Below, piece after piece: positions 22,815-35,526 of a stretch of DNA of 64,000 nucleotides. The notes under the pieces are model-generated. The model worked only from the letters and a program-made list of their open reading frames with translations, was not told where the DNA came from and searched no databases. The stretch covers positions 35,094,001 to 35,158,000 of the forward strand of contig NW_024704743.1 of the NCBI RefSeq assembly GCF_018977255.1. The letters run 5' to 3'. How positions within the stretch are numbered: the first letter of the stretch is position 1; the number at the start of each line of letters is the position of its first letter. A program made the translations under genes and the position numbers. The stretch is from Callorhinchus milii (lineage: Eukaryota).

Positions 22815-23165
22815 GGAAGTCCTGTAGTCCTATGGTTAGAGCACTCACCTCACAAGTGAGAGACCTGGGTTCTATTCCCGGCAGGGCGAAATGTTGGGCA
22901 AGTTTCCTTACTCCCCACGTCTCTGTTTACCTAGCAGTAATTAGGAACCCGGTTGTTAGTCGATTGGTGGATCGTTTTTCCGGGAATAATAATAATAATA
23001 ATTTGGTCACGACTGTTTGTGGGACACCCCCATGTGCAATTGGTTGCTGCAATTCTCCCACAAATATACAGTCAATTCACTTTACAGTATATTCTGTAAA
23101 GCGCTTTGAGACGACTAGAAGATGTGAAAAGCGCTATATCAAAATGCAAGGATTATTATTATTAT
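22815..23165 (+). mobile_element. Long-subfamily tRNA-Deu SINE
   Basis: Head, long internal segment, tail gagacgactagaagatgtg...(ATT)n. Confidence 0.85.
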
Positions 23166-23261
23166 AAAAGCAGAATATTGGAAATAACCAGGCAGTCCTG
23201 CAAGAATATTTTTTTCTGTGTTTGATTACGTACATTTTATCCACGAAAACACGCAGTATGG

Positions 23262-23555
23262 TGAAACGTTAGGCAAGTTTCTTTACTCCATATGCCTCTG
23301 TTTACCTTGCAGTAAATAGTAACCCTGTTGTTAGTCGACTGGCGGATCATTTTTCCAGGGGTAATAATACCTTGAAAAATAAATGATAATAATAATTTGG
23401 TCACTCAATCCACGATTGTGGGGCACTGCTGTGTGTAACTGGCTGTCTTGTTTCGCCCACAAAATATAATCATATCACTTTACAGTATATTCTGTGAAAC
23501 ACTTTGAGACGTCTTGAAGATGTGATAAAGCGCTATATCAAATGCAAGGATTATT
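23262..23555 (+). mobile_element. Long-subfamily SINE lacking head
   Basis: Colinear with 22885-23165. Confidence 0.8.
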
Positions 23556-24084
23556 AATATATGAAAGACCAGTCCCTTCAGTGTACGATAAGATGATTAC
23601 ATTTAAGTTAAGAAAGAGGAAGAATTTTTTCAGCTATCCACAGTGACAAACATGCAACAATTTGTGTACAGTCTGCTAGCTACAAACTAATCCACGGCTG
23701 ATGATATTTATGAAATTTGTCTGCAAAATCAAGTCACTAAACTTTACAGTATATCCTGTCAAAACAAATGCAATCTAAATTGAGCAATTAATTTATCCTA
23801 CTTTTTTATGAAGCTTTTCTTTGTCCACTCATTTATTGCATGATGCAATTTCTTTTTCATGTGGCCAATTGATCAGCTAGTTTTCCCTCCCTTGCTCCTT
23901 GTGGAAAAGTGAATCTTTGCCTCTGTTAATGATCCAGGCAAGATTGCTATTGGGGTGGGAGAGGGAGGGGTGGAGATTAGGGTGGAGAGGAAGAGAAGGA
24001 AGCTAGGGAAGAACAGTAATCATGAATTTGTTTCTAAATCATTCTGCTACCAATATACAATATCCCAGTAACCTAGAGCATATG

Positions 24085-24770
24085 AATGGAGTTAAAGTAG
24101 TGAGCAAGAGTTGCAAATTGCTAAGGACAGTGCAGCTTAATCTAGGAAAGGACTATGACCTTAATATTCTTGGTTACCATTATTTTAAAAAATAGATAGA
24201 ATGGGGAAAAAAGGGTGCAGGGGTATTAATCAAAGATTCTGTTGCAGCACTGGAACTTAGGGATGATGGACGGTTTGGTGAAAACAGTGAATCTATCTCG
24301 AGTCAGAGGTAAGAAATAAGAAGGTATCTTTACTCTGTTGGCAATTTATAATAGACCACAGAGCAACGGGAATGAGGTAGAGGAAGACATCAGCAGAATA
24401 ATTTAGGAGCTATGCAGAAATAACAGGGTCATAATAATTGGTGCGTTTAGTTATCCTAAGATCGGTGGGCATCAAAGTAAAATGCATAACCAAAAGAGGG
24501 GAGATTTTTCTATGACAAGTTTTCCTAATTTACTTGTTTCCAGTCCAACTGGGAAGGAGGCAACTGACCTTTTTCAAGGAAATGAAGCAAGGCAAATGAG
24601 TAAAATGATGGTTGGGGAACATTTAGCAAAGATTGCTAAATTTGATGTAAAAATTGAAAAGGTAGGGGAACAGCAAATATACCCAACTGGGGAAAAAGCA
24701 AATTTCAAGTAAATGAGATGGGTGCTAGACAGGCCAAATGGCCTCCTTTTGTGCTGTATAGTTCTACAGT
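24085..24770 (+). mobile_element. Highly degenerate CR1 (endonuclease remnant plus tail)
   Basis: DLNILGY, VLIKDS, NRVIIIG.FSYP remnants; tail ggccaaatggcctccttttgtgctgta. Confidence 0.55.
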
Positions 24771-27455
24771 TCTTTGAGACTACCTCATGTAAATGCAGAG
24801 CTTAACAGCAGTCAGTACCTGCATGGCAGAGGTACCCAGCTGGAGTTGACAGAAGCCCGGAGAGCTTAAGATCTCCCCGTCTGTCCCCTTTTTTGCCAAA
24901 CAATATCAAACAATACTTTGGCTCCTTGTTCCTATGTCATGCCAGGGAACACCACTGCATACTACTCCACCAGTCCTTACATTCTCAAACCACTTTTGGT
25001 AGGTACGACAGTATCCTTGCCAGATTGGCTGCTGCATCATCTGGAAGCATTTCAGAGCGTTTGGTAATGTTGCAGGAAATCATTCTTTGCACCATAGTGG
25101 TGAGATATCGCAAATATACTTGGTACATTTAATGAAACAGCAGAGTTAGGTATTATGTGTACTCTGCACACAAATATTCTAACATTGTAAACACTTCCTA
25201 TTTCCAGTGTTCCCACCTCAGACTTCTAACTAGTGCCTCCTGCTGGAGCTGTACATAGGGATCAGAATCAACCTGGCTTTAATGGTCCTCTGCAGTTGAT
25301 GCTTACTGTTCATGCTGGCAGATAAAATGACAGGAAGCCCTCCTCTGCATGTGGAGCCACAGGCATCAAAAATGATAAATACAGTCTGATCCCATTGTAA
25401 AGCTGGACATTGCCTTACAAAGGATAGACACTGGGCAACATTTCCTTGATGTCAGGTTGCTGCTGGCATCACCACTCATGTCATCGAGCTACTCATGCGT
25501 AGGAAGCTGGCTACTGCTCTCGCGAGTGCTTTCAGTGGTGTGGGATGCCTTGACGCTGGGAAGCTTTCTTCACCTGTGCACAGGAAAGCGAGCAGTCAGC
25601 ACTGGGCATGTATTTCACATTCAGTAGAGCTACTGTGCACCCGGGTGATAGCACAGTATCTCTACTGTATTGTAACTTGGGAGTGTTGCTGTCCTGGTGC
25701 ATTACCCCAGAGAGCATAAGGGTGGAAGCTTCCCTGATTACCCCAAAGAGTGTGAACTTAGCATTTTGGGGTAAATTTTGTCCTCAGCCAGAATCCATCT
25801 GAGGAGATGAACACCAGGGAAGATACATCCATTTTACTCAATGTGTAAACCCATGAGTATTATGAGCTTTATATAAACCACGTACACAGAGGGAATCATA
25901 GGCATCCTAAAGAGTGTAATTAGCCAATGAAAAAGGATTGCCTATTAATTAGGGCACCTGTAATTCTCAATGTGCATATGGTGTACATATTTAGATCCCA
26001 ATAATTCTTAGTGTTATCAAAAGCTCCCAGAGTAGGCATGCGCTAAATGCAGAATAAATCTCACTCTAAATCTTACTCCTAACCACAGTAAACCACCCAT
26101 CTGTATGTGCGGCATTTTCATTCCACACACTGGTTGTCTTCAAGGTGTCTATAAGCGGAATTGCCAATTTAATGCTAACTTACACCAGATTGCATTCCTC
26201 ACTTTCAAACGGTCAAACTATAATTCTCACAACAAACCACACAGGCAGAGAGAGCTGTAAGACACAGTAAAACACTGTATTCATTAATCATGACAACCTA
26301 TAGGTTCCAAAGCCTGGAAACCTAGTGAATTAAATATAAAAGAGAAACATCTATCTATCTCTCTCTACTTCTTTCCCCCCCACTTACCAGAAAGATTCAA
26401 AATAGATTATATGTCATTTGATCACAACCATTATTATATATACAACAAAATACAAAACAAATTGTGGTTTTTAAAAATTAATATAATCAAGTCATGGAGC
26501 ACAAACGAATGGTGTTTGTTCTTGTCAGGTTCAAAACAGAAACTCAACCAATGGATCCACTGATGCACTGAAGACAGGAATGGAGCTCCCCACATTGAAC
26601 ATGCACATGTGCACAAATGGCTCTGAGAAAACGCAGTAGTAATGCCCCGCCAAAGAAGCAACAACACGTGGCAGGTTTGGCTTCAAGCACAGAAATGCAC
26701 CACACCTGATACATCTCAAGCTTTGGACAGCAAAACAAATACAGTGTTTTCAATACCATGTATTTCCCTTAGGCGAGGACATGAGGAGGCATTACCTGAA
26801 ATAGTGGATCTCCTTTCACTGGGGAGAAACTTTTAAAACAATTTCTCTGTAAAAATAACTGCAAATGATATTTCTATAGCAATAAACACCCAAGCAATTA
26901 TCATATTGAAAGCTATGTATTAGGCCAAACCGCAATATGTGTGTGTGCGTGTCTGTGTGTGTGACTACACTGCATCTTGTGTACATTTACTGGAACTCTT
27001 CCATAAAATCCACAAATTTAATCCATAAAATAAGACCAGCACAGGGTCTGCAGGATTCTTCATTGAGGTGAATGTAACAGTAGGCATCACTAGTAGAGCC
27101 GGGAACGTTCGAAGAATGCAGAAAATTTGAAAAAAATGCCTCAAATCGTCTTTTCCTGCACAAAAACCTCATGTATTGTGGACTGCAGACATCTCCCTCA
27201 GTCTCCTGGGGAGAATCTCAGCACCCTCCCCGATTGCCATTAGGCACTTCCCGACTTCCTAAGGTGTCCAAGCAAAGATCCCAGAATATGTATCCATTCT
27301 GCCATCTTAACTATTTAGATCTGACCTTCTCTCACAGATAACATCTTTTCTCCCTCCCCCCACAGCACAAATACACATAGGAATAAATATCCCTACAGAA
27401 TATTTATTTGTTCATCTCTGTCTGCATTGAACCCTTTGTCCTCTAACGTTCTTAA

Positions 27456-27740
27456 TAACAACAACTTGTTTTTATATAGCACCCTTCACGTCCAAGGGGT
27501 AATGTCCAAGAGTGCTTCACAGTGGTGCAGTCTGATAAAGCGTCAGCGGGAGAGCAAGGTGACCATAACCATGATCAAAAAGGTCTTTAGGCAGGATTTG
27601 AAGGTGGGGAGGGAGGGGGCAAGGCGGAGGGATTGAGGGAGAAAGTTCCAGAGTTTCAGGGTGTAGTGGCTGAAGGCAAAGCTACCGATGATGGAGCAGA
27701 GGGCACAAGTGACAAATAGGAGGCCACAGCCAGCCGAGCA
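27456..27740 (-). mobile_element. L2 3' fragment
   Basis: Similar to 12313-12665. Confidence 0.7.
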
Positions 27741-28239
27741 TTTATTTATTTATTCAACATTTATTGCTTTGAAGGAGTTAGTTAATGCAACATCAACTAT
27801 TTTTTGTTTGGTGGATATGATGTGTGTGCCTATATGGTGAATGTGTGCAGTGTGGGGGGTGAGTGTTTGTAGTGTACAGCCCATGTGATTGTTTGTGAAC
27901 GTGATGGAAATCTCAATTCTAGTCCTGCTTGTGTAACGTTGGGTGGGACTCAATAGAAACAAAGCTGACCGGTAACACTTGCAGCATTTTAGGTTGCAGA
28001 TTTCATGGAAGATCACAATATTTCCATCAAATGTTTACTAGTATTTTCTAAAAAAAAGGTGAGTGAATACAGGTTTAAATGTGTTACCACCATGGTGCTT
28101 TCCTTGCCTTTTATTTGTCGGTCACCTTCTCTTCCTCTGCACCAACCTGTCACCCATGCCCCACTGAGCTTATAACTATAGCACAGGTTGAGCAACATTG
28201 TCCCTGGACTCTTCTTTAAGACAAACCACAATCTCCTTT

Positions 28240-28590
28240 TAGCTGTAAATTTCTCTCGAAAAAAGAAGGGAATTTCTCCCAGTGTCCTGGCCAACAATAC
28301 CCCAAATGAATTTTATTATTTACTTTATGGCTGCTTGTGGGACATTGCTGGGTTCAAATTGACTGCTGCTTTCACCTACAGTATTTGTATTCTGCGAAGC
28401 GCTTTGAAACAATATCCAAAATAAATTTGGTCACTTCAATCAACGACTGTTTGTGAGACACTGGTTTATGCAATTGGCTGCCCGTTTCACACACAAAATA
28501 CACAGTCAATTCACTTTACAGTATATTCTGTGAAGCACTTTGAGACGTCTCGAAGATGTGAGAAGGTTCTATATCAAGTGCAAGGATTAA
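28240..28590 (+). mobile_element. Two Deu-SINE 3' fragments in tandem
   Basis: Two successive Deu segments (about 28325 and 28445), each with a tail. Confidence 0.65.
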
Positions 28591-29190
28591 AAAAAAGATG
28601 GTAGGTTCCTCTTCAGTGAGGTATTTGATTTCTAGCAATGGGGATGCCATGATTTGTCCAGGCATCCTAGGACTCAGCAGAATATAAACAAACAGCCAAG
28701 GGTAATCTGTTCCTGATTGCTTTCTGTGTGGACATCGAGGAAAGCAGGATTGGAGATGATATCTCTGAGATCAAGTGAATAAATCACTGACATCAAGAGT
28801 GGAAATGAGCAAAAACAACAACATGCATTTATATAGTGCCTTTCACATTGAATAACTTCTCAGAGAGCTTCACAGTTGAATGGTGAGCTAGGAGAACCAT
28901 AAGCGAGGTCGAAAAGGTAGGTTTAATGGTGGGATTTGTAGATAGATAGAGAGAGGGATGCGGTGGAGCAATAGAGTTTCTGAAAACAGAAAACAAAATG
29001 AATAAAATCTGCTTCCAAAATAGTGACCGTTGTCCCTCGAAACTGCTCGGTCCATTGCAATATAAAATGGTTTAACAAGGGAGAGGGGCGAGCAGAAAAA
29101 TGTTCCAAACAAAGGCAAGTACCAACAACACAGTGCTCTCCTTTCATTGGAATTGAAGCTGCTGCAGGATAGGAAAGGTTTTATTCATAT

Positions 29191-30048
29191 ACAACAACAA
29201 CAACAAGATTCCATTTATAAAGCGCCTTTCACGTCAGGAGGACGTCCCAAGGCGCTGCACAGTTGGGTCATGACCCAAGCAGGGGGGAAATGGTCAGGGT
29301 GAGGGAAGGGAGGGAGCAGGAGGGGGGAAATGGTCAGGGTGAGGGGAGGGAAGGGAGGGAGCGAGGAGGGGGAAGAGAGTCGAGAGGGGAGCTGAAGGCT
29401 CGGTCAAAGAGAAAGGTCTTGAGACCGGCCTTGAAGGAGGAAAGGGAGGAGGCGGCGAAGGCACTGGGGGATGGAGTTCCAGAGCCTAGGGGCTGAGAAG
29501 CTGAAGGCCCGACCACCGATGGTAGGGCGGTTGGGGCGGGGGACGTGGAGCAGACCGGAGCCAGAGGAACGGAGGGTACGGGCAGGTAGGTAGGGGATAG
29601 TAGGTTGGAGAGGTAGGAGGGAGCGAGGCCGTGAATGGCCTTGTAGGTGAGGATGAGGATCTTGAAATCAATCCTCTGGGGGATGGGGAGCCAGTGGAGG
29701 TGAGCGAGGGTGGGAGTGATGTGGTCCCGAAGCCTGGTGAGGGACAGTACACGAGCTGCAGAGTTCTGAATGACCTGCAGCTTGTGGAGAGAGGTGGCGG
29801 GAAGGCCGGTGAGGAGAGAGTTCCCATAGTCCAGCCTTGAGGTGACAAAGGCGTGAACCAGGGTTTCAGCAGCGTGAGGGGTGAGGTAATGCCGTAGTCT
29901 GGCGATGTTCCGGAGGTGATGGAAGGCGGTGCCAGTTGTGGTGCGGATGTGAGGGAGAAAGGACAGCTCAGGGTCGAACAAAACGCCGAGGTTCCTGACT
30001 GGCTTTGAGAGGTGGAGAGTGCAGCCTTGGATGCTGATGGTGTCGGCG
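29191..30048 (-). mobile_element. Young L2 3' portion with open C-terminal ORF
   Basis: ORF 29334-30194: VRNLGVLFD...AFVTSRLDYGNSLL...LHWLPIPQRIDFKIL...FKAGLKTFLF. (CAA)n tail; ~40-bp tandem duplication in the 3' UTR at about 29282-29370. Confidence 0.93.
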
Positions 30049-30489
30049 TAATATAATGTAATATAATGTAGTTTGAGATCCACTAAACTACACAAAGCCA
30101 GCAAGCACATTTTGTACTGTTCGGTCGGGATATCAGAAGTCAGAACAAACTGCACACATTCTTCATCATCACAAGCTGCATGTTCTCCATCCATAAATCA
30201 TAAACGTCAGCACCACAGCTCCTCTCCATCTCCTTAAAGTCGACCACGGGCTTGTCTTTTGTACTTTTAGCCACAAGGGGGAAACATCTACTGCAGGTTT
30301 CTGCTAACCAGCCAGTGGGAAGAAATTCCACCTGGATCTAGATTTACTCTATTTCTGTAGCATCGTGGAGCTTCCTGAAAATGGCAGATTCTTAACCTCA
30401 ATTTTGAAGCTGGTAAAATACTTGCTTCAAAGTTAAAACCGAATTTCACAATTTGTCAAATTCTACACGCTCCTAAATGCTAACATGGA

Positions 30490-30947
30490 TTTTTTGCATA
30501 GTGGAGCTGGGAAGACTAGCGAGGAGTGCGCTTGAGTAATCCGGGTGGGAGGTGACAAACGCCTGCACAAGGGTTTCAGTTGCATTTGGGGTAAGGTACG
30601 ATCGGAGGTGGGCAATGTGGCGGAGGTGTAGGAAGGCAGTCCTGGTCAGGGACCGTATGTGGGGGAGGAAGGACAGCTGGGGGTTGAATCGGATGCCTAG
30701 ATTGCGCACTGGTTCAGTGAGTGTGAGGAGAGCCCAGGGAGGTTGAGAAGTTCAGATCCGCAGGAGTGAAGACGTTGACGGGAGCCAAGGAGTATGGCTT
30801 CCGTCTTGTCCACATTCAGCTGCAGGAAGTTTGCACTCATCCAGGTCCTGATGTCTGCCAGACAAGCTGATAGAACATTGGCGGATCTGGAGTTGGTACT
30901 GGAGGAGGCAAAGTAGATTTGTGTGTCATCCGCATACATGTGGAAGT
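30490..30947 (-). mobile_element. L2 RT fragment
   Basis: MYADDTQIY...NFLQLNVDKTE...VRNLG. Confidence 0.88.
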
Positions 30948-31214
30948 TTACCTAAGTAAACCTAGACCTAGGTGGAATTTTTCCCCAAAAGTGACTGAGT
31001 ATTTATTTTCTTTACCTTCATACTCAGAATACACAACTCTTCATTTCCATTACTTGACTTTTCACAGCAAGAGTTATGGGCTGGTGGTGGTAGAAAAGAG
31101 GTCAGATGACCTGTTCCCAGTCTCATCCATTTCGAGATGGAGGTGATTGGTACCAACAACAGTTTCTCCCACCTTAACCCCTCTCTTCACTTCATCTGAG
31201 TGTAGGGGCTCATC

Positions 31215-31800
31215 TCAGGCACAGGAACAGGAGTAGGCCATTCAGCCAGTAGCTCAGTACAGTTTGCCTGCCTTTTCTCCATACGCCTGATAATAATCTA
31301 GAAGACCTTAAAAGCGCTATATCAAATGCAAGGATTATTATTATTATTATACCCCCCGATATAGCCAAGCTTTTATCTGGTTCCCTGTTCCCCCCACTCT
31401 GCATTAATAGTCCTTTGAGGAAATGAATTCCACATTCCCACAAGTCTCTGAGTAAAGACATGTTGTCTGATTTCACCAATAACGGTGTTATTGTTAGACT
31501 CTGCCCTCTTCTGGATTCTGTAACAATAGGAAAGTTGCTCTTTATCCACTCTATCAACTCTCTTTACTGTCTTAAACATCTCGATTAGATCACCTCACAG
31601 CCAACTCTGTACAAGAGGACAACCCCAGTTTGCCCATTTTGTCCTCATAGCTAATCCCCCTTCAATCCGGGTGTCATTCTGGTGAATCTACACTGTATGA
31701 CCTCCAACGCTACTCCAGCTGTTATAAGCTGCAGTGCCCAAAACTGCACTCAGTACTCCACAACAGGTCTGACCAGAGCATTACACAAGTAACTTCACCC
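31215..31800 (-). mobile_element. CR1 3' fragment with a SINE tail inserted at about 31295-31350
   Basis: VFTQRLVGMWNSFP and EYCVQF-like remnants. Confidence 0.7.
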
Positions 31801-32375
31801 TGACCAATCTTGTGAATCATATGGTTACGTGCCTTTTATTAGATGTTAAAACGACATCCCCTCAGCCTGTTCAACAGCATATATGTGTAAAGCATCAATT
31901 ATGCAATGAATTCACCATGTGCATTACAAACCCAAAATTATTAAGACTCATTAAGACTCACTCAATTGACCTCTATGGGGTCAAAAATGCAATATTCACA
32001 ACTGGATTCATAAATATTGAATTCTGTTGGTAATCATGAGTCTGTCACTCTGACCGGTGGAAATTCCAGACTGACCGTAACTAAAATAATTGACTAGAAA
32101 ATCAGACTTTTTAACGATGCAAAAACTCACTAAATTATAATGAGGTTTGAACCTTCGTGGTCATAACTGCTCCAACTATCAGGTTCAATACGTTTATTCA
32201 GTTGCACACGTTCTGAACCTTTTATGCAGCTGTAAGTACACTTAAACCAAAGAAAGTCATTGTGCCCGTCAATCACTAAAAAAGCAAGAAAGTTATATAA
32301 AAAGTGAAAGTTTTATTTCTATATTTACTCATTCTTGGGCTTACGCGTTGCATCATTAGCAAAATGTGTGTCAGG

Positions 32376-32725
32376 CTGGCTGAGTTGGTAGCATTCTCGC
32401 TTGTGAGTCAAAGGTTGTGGGTTCAATCCCATGTCAGGCCTCCTATAGTCTAAGATGACACTCCAGTGCAGTGCTGGGGGTTGTTCAGGGGTCTGTCTGT
32501 TCAGGTGGACATTAAAACTCCCATTGCACTATTCGAAAAGTGAAGGAAGTTTCTCCCAGTGTCCCGGCCAACAACCCCCCAGATATAACTAATCATTTAA
32601 TTCATGGCTGTTTATGGGAAATTATGCTACTCAAATTGGCTGCGGTGTTCCCCTACCAAATACAACATACAGTGAATCCTATGAAGTGCTTTAAGATGTC
32701 CTCCTGATGTGAAAGGTGCTCTACC
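32376..32725 (+). mobile_element. Old SacSINE1-like Deu-SINE
   Basis: tggctgagttggtagcattctcgc...ggttcaatccc head, Deu remnant, L2-type tail. Confidence 0.7.
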
Positions 32726-32777
32726 GAATTTAAAGATATTTTCTTACAAATAAAATAATTTTTGCAACTTCTCGATG

Positions 32778-32937
32778 CTTGAAGGTCTGCTGAAGACCTT
32801 TCTTATTGACCGCGCCTTTGGTCACCTTCCTTCCCCTCCCCCTGGCTCGGTCCTGGGATCCATTACTGTAAAGCGCTCTGAGACGCCGTCCGGCGTGGAG
32901 GGCGCTATATAAATCCAAATTGTTGCTGTTGTTGTTG
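32778..32937 (+). mobile_element. L2 3' tail
   Basis: LKTFL..., agcgctctgagacg...gggcgctatataaat, (TTG)n. Confidence 0.8.
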
Positions 32938-35052
32938 AAGTGTAAACCAATAAAATTTGTATTGTAGCAGCATGTTGACAGTTCACAATATTCCTCAGCT
33001 ACAAGCAGAAAAACAATAGAATGGGTCTTGTAATCTGATGAAAATCTTATAAATTATTTAAGCTTTGGTAACTTTGATGAAACAAAAATGTTACAATTTT
33101 ACAAAGCTACTTTATATCTAAAGTTATTTTTCATGGTCAACTTATTTAGAATTCTGATTTATACTGTTTGAAAACAAAACACAACACTGATATTAAATGC
33201 TTTCTATTGGAGAAGAGCGCGATAATAGCAATCGCACAGTCACGCATGGCATTGCCTATCTATTGGATTATTCACTCTTCAGGGCCCTAAACTGGGTTTT
33301 CTCTCTGCCTTTGACATTTTAACCCTTAATTTGCTTGATTAACTAAAGTAACATTCTGTCTTTTGTCTCTCAACCATGCACAAGAATGACTGGTATTTAG
33401 CTTGATACGGATTATCCCAAATACAAAACCATTCAAATGTAGTGGGATTCCGCTACTATAAGTAATGTATAGCAAATAGCATTTGATTTTCAAATGGTAA
33501 AATATGAGCATGTTCTGCAGATATTAAGGTTAAGTGGATCTCCATGGGTTTGGAGATGTGCATTAGAAATTATTCTAAGATTGCTTACCAGAATGCCACT
33601 TAACCTAAGTGAACATCATACAAGCTGCCTAGACCTTCCTAGCATTCCCTGTATATGTTTCATACCCACACATTAGTTTCCATGCAGGTTTAATTCAGAT
33701 TAACATGCATTATTTCTAGTGTTGCACTGAAACCACATATCTGATCTGGACATTTCTCAATGGTTTGAATAAATAATGCTCAAATTGTGGTCACTCTTTA
33801 TTTACAATGGATTCACAATTGTTCTTAAGAGTTCCTGTTTTTCTGCAGTAATTTTGCAGAAAAATCACCAGATTTGGAATTACGTGACAAAAATGTTAGT
33901 TCATTCATGTCTTGTGTTAGAGCAACTGGTGAGATATTATAGTCAGGTCACTCTTGTGGTATAGCAAGAAGACTTATTCCTTACAAGGCAATTCCTCTGC
34001 ATCCACTGATCAATAACTTTGGGGAGTTCCGTGGACATATCCTTATCCCAAAGGTGAAGGACCTTCTGGCTGAAGGAAGAAAAAGGACAAAAAACACACA
34101 AAAGAGGGCAAATGTACATTAGCAAAAAAAAAAGCCTGCAACGTTTGAGAGCTTGGTGCAACTTAATCACTGAGTAAAATCCCCTAATACATTTCAATAT
34201 TTGTTGCCATCAATTGACCAAAATTGGAGGTGCTTTATACACAACTTTGCAATTGCCTGTGAGTTCCTGCTCATCAACAAATTATGAAATGGAAAATAAA
34301 CCATAACTGGATTATAATTAGGGCAAATCTACACAAAAAAATGTGCATTAATCTCTATGAAAAGGCATTAAACATTTCCAAAATTCTCAAGAATTTACTT
34401 GAAAAAAACTACAGGATTGTGAGTGTGTAATTAGTGAGAAATGAATCATCCAGCTAAAATAAAACTAAACGTAGAGGGAAAGGAAAGTAAATAAATGAAA
34501 GCAGTCTTTAGAAGCAGGATACCAGAAGATCGATCGTCATTATCTAGCTGTGCCAAAGCATGTCCTCTGAAACGTTACTGTAATTTCAACCAATATAGCC
34601 TGGAGATATCAGTTCAAGAGGAAGCAGATAGCAACAAAGGAAGGAAATTGGTTTGGTAAATCTATTACGATTTCAAGAGTCCTCAACTGCTGGGAGTAAA
34701 AGGCATGGATCAATTCTAAGAATGGCCTGATAATTTTCATTTCAGGGCTTTAATAATGCATATACTTCCACAAATGAAAGCATGAGCTGTGCAATTAACA
34801 CAAAAATGGCGTACTTTGGGCTGATTGTTACTCTGAATGTGACCACATTGCAGAGAATCTTTTTTTAAAACTCATATTTTCTGCAGCATCAGCGCTTTTG
34901 TTTTTGATTATTTTGTTTTCTAATCACCATTTCTCTCTCACCTGCCGCCAGTTACACAAGATAGTATAAACTGACCACTCATGAGAGACATTAATGGTCT
35001 CCGTCTTATTTCTTTCACTGGTACAGTTCCAGTATTTAGGTAAATACTGTAT

Positions 35053-35526
35053 CACACAAAGGATACAGTTCAAGATCCTGGTCCTCACCATCAAAGCCCT
35101 CCACGGTCTTTCTCCACCCTACCTCTGCGACCTCCTAACCCCCTACCATCCTGCTCGTTCCCTCCGCTCAGCAGGCTTCAGCCTGCTTCACATCCCCCGC
35201 ACTCTGCCCCACCCTCTGGAACTCCATCCCACAGTCCCTCCGCCTCACCCCCTACCTTGCCACTTTTAAGACCCACCTCAAGACCCGCCTCTTCGACCAT
35301 GCTTTCGAGCTCTCTGCTTTCCCTCCTGCTCTCCAGCCTCCCCGACCCCCAGCTCAGGTCCGTAGGTCTGTCCAGCGCCTTGGAATGGTATTTGAAGAGG
35401 ACGGGTTTGCAGGGTTATGGGGAAAAGGCTGGGGAGTGGGACTGACATCAATTGCTCTATTCAAAGAGCCGGCACAAACTCGATGGGCCGAATGGCCTCT
35501 TTTTGTGCTGTACGATTCTATGATTC
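35053..35526 (+). mobile_element. L2 3' fragment (to about 35383) joined to a CR1 tail
   Basis: QRIQFKILVL...; then ggttatggggaaaaggc...gggccgaatggcct...gattctatgattc. Confidence 0.8.

Noticed and set aside
24981..25040. 60-nt open minus-strand exon candidate (MMQQPIWQGYCRTYQKWFEN)
   Set aside because: Weak pyrimidine tract and no recognisable homology.
26991..27155. Minus-strand AG...GT-bounded open segment (KRRFEAFF...FVDFMEEF)
   Set aside because: The open frame is out of phase with the LYRM4 phase-0 intron, and no homology was recognised.
29334..30194. 286-aa ORF as a host gene or active LINE
   Set aside because: C-terminal part of a 5'-truncated L2 read in from flanking DNA; the RT core and endonuclease are missing.
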